DNA of 64,000 nucleotides from Candidatus Moraniibacteriota bacterium (GTDB taxonomy: Bacteria; Patescibacteriota; Minisyncoccia; Moranbacterales; UBA1568): the NCBI GenBank assembly GCA_049287005.1, contig JBAQEZ010000003.1, positions 693,143 through 757,142 on the forward strand, given 5' to 3'. Position 1 is the stretch's first letter. Each line of letters begins with the position of its first letter. The notes beneath the pieces were generated by a model. It had not been told where the DNA came from, did no database searches, and saw nothing but the letters and a program-made list of their open reading frames with translations. The position numbers were made by a program, and so were the translations under genes. This document shows positions 63,253-64,000 of this stretch, in pieces.

Positions 63253-63355
63253 AAGCCTTGCATTGTACGGATTACACTTTACCAGGAAGACTACCGCTTC
63301 CCTTTCTCCATAATAATAGCGTTTTTTCTTCAGGCGCGCAAGCCCTGTCTCTCAC

Positions 63356-64000
63356 CTATTCAGTCCACTCTGCTGGCGGAATGAACGGGCGATTCCTCCA
63401 TTCCGGAGACTGGCAACACAGGAGATCTCTCGCCTCATTCGGATGCACGAGCAAGGCTTCAGTGATTTTTTCCATCCGCATGCTGCGCGAACCCTTGATC
63501 AGAATCAGATCTTCGGAACGGACGATATGCCGCAAATTTTCCAGCACGGGAGACGGATCGGGAAACCAGTATGTCTGCCGCTTCGAAAAACCCGCCGAGA
63601 GCAACGCCTCATGCAAAGAGCGCATATGCTGCCCAACGGTCACGACAATGTGCGCGCCAGAAGCTCTGACATGTTCCCTGAGTGCCATATGCTCCTCCGT
63701 CGCGTCCGCGCCCAGTTCCAGCATATCACCCAAAATCACTACTTTGCGTGGTGCCATTAACTCCTTCAGGGTTTCCAGGGCAGCCATAGTCGACGCCGGG
63801 GAAGCGTTATACGTATCGTCCAACAGTATCATGCTTTCTTTCCCCGGCAACAAGCGCAAACGTCCGGGCAATGGTTCGAAATCTTCCAGTGCTTCCGCAA
63901 TTTCCACGAGATTCATCTTGAGCGCTACTCCCACGGCCGCGGCTGCCAAAGCTCCGGCGATATGATGCAGAGCCACGATTTTCGGCAAACGTACAGGGAT
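63356..64000 (-). CDS. murF: UDP-MurNAc-tripeptide--D-Ala-D-Ala ligase MurF (C-terminal part; the N-terminus lies beyond the window end)
   Basis: ILLDDTYNASPASTMAALETL, KVVILGDMLELG, ILIKGSRSMRME. Confidence 0.8.
   Translation of the reverse strand: MPVRLPKIVALHHIAGALAAAAVGVALKMNLVEIAEALEDFEPLPGRLRLLPGKESMILLDDTYNASPASTMAALETLKELMAPRKVVILGDMLELGADATEEHMALREHVRASGAHIVVTVGQHMRSLHEALLSAGFSKRQTYWFPDPSPVLENLRHIVRSEDLILIKGSRSMRMEKITEALLVHPNEARDLLCCQSPEWRNRPFIPPAEWTE

Noticed and set aside
1-64000. CRISPR array, cas genes, reverse transcriptase/DGR, transposase or integrase
   Set aside because: No spaced direct-repeat array, RT motif (YxDD) or transposase ORF was found. The only cas-like element is the isolated Cas4-like nuclease.

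Overview
This 64-kb window reads as part of a small, gene-dense bacterial chromosome with about 50% GC. Almost every gene lies on the minus strand. The gene content (ADP-forming acetyl-CoA synthetase, two DUF4012 proteins, many short secreted ORFs, tRNAs without encoded CCA) suggests a Patescibacteria/CPR-like or other small-genome monoderm lineage, but that is inference only.

Content falls into five groups:
- Cell-envelope housekeeping: murG, ftsW, murF, murJ, mrdA, mreBCD, mltG, rseP.
- Translation and other core genes: serS, lysS, aspS, lepA, frr, trmD, greA, glyA, trxA, pcm, speH; tRNA-Lys(UUU) and tRNA-Val(CAC).
- Three dispersed surface-glycan assembly modules: five GT4 glycosyltransferases, three PCP/Wzz-like proteins, two DUF4012 proteins, a Wzy/WaaL-family protein, galU and rmlABCD.
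- A compact island of secreted proteins at 12.6-17 kb. Two unrelated small secreted ORFs there share near-identical 5' leader and 3' terminator-flank elements.
- Assorted items: a Cas4/RecB-like Fe-S nuclease, a Cys-rich anchored protein, an acidic secreted coiled-coil protein, a two-component system with an AT-rich compositional island, and structured intergenic regions carrying small plus-strand ORFs.

No CRISPR array, rRNA or obvious mobile element was seen. Several ORF-track starts are TTG or GTG codons; I moved those genes to internal ATG codons where the sequence supported it.
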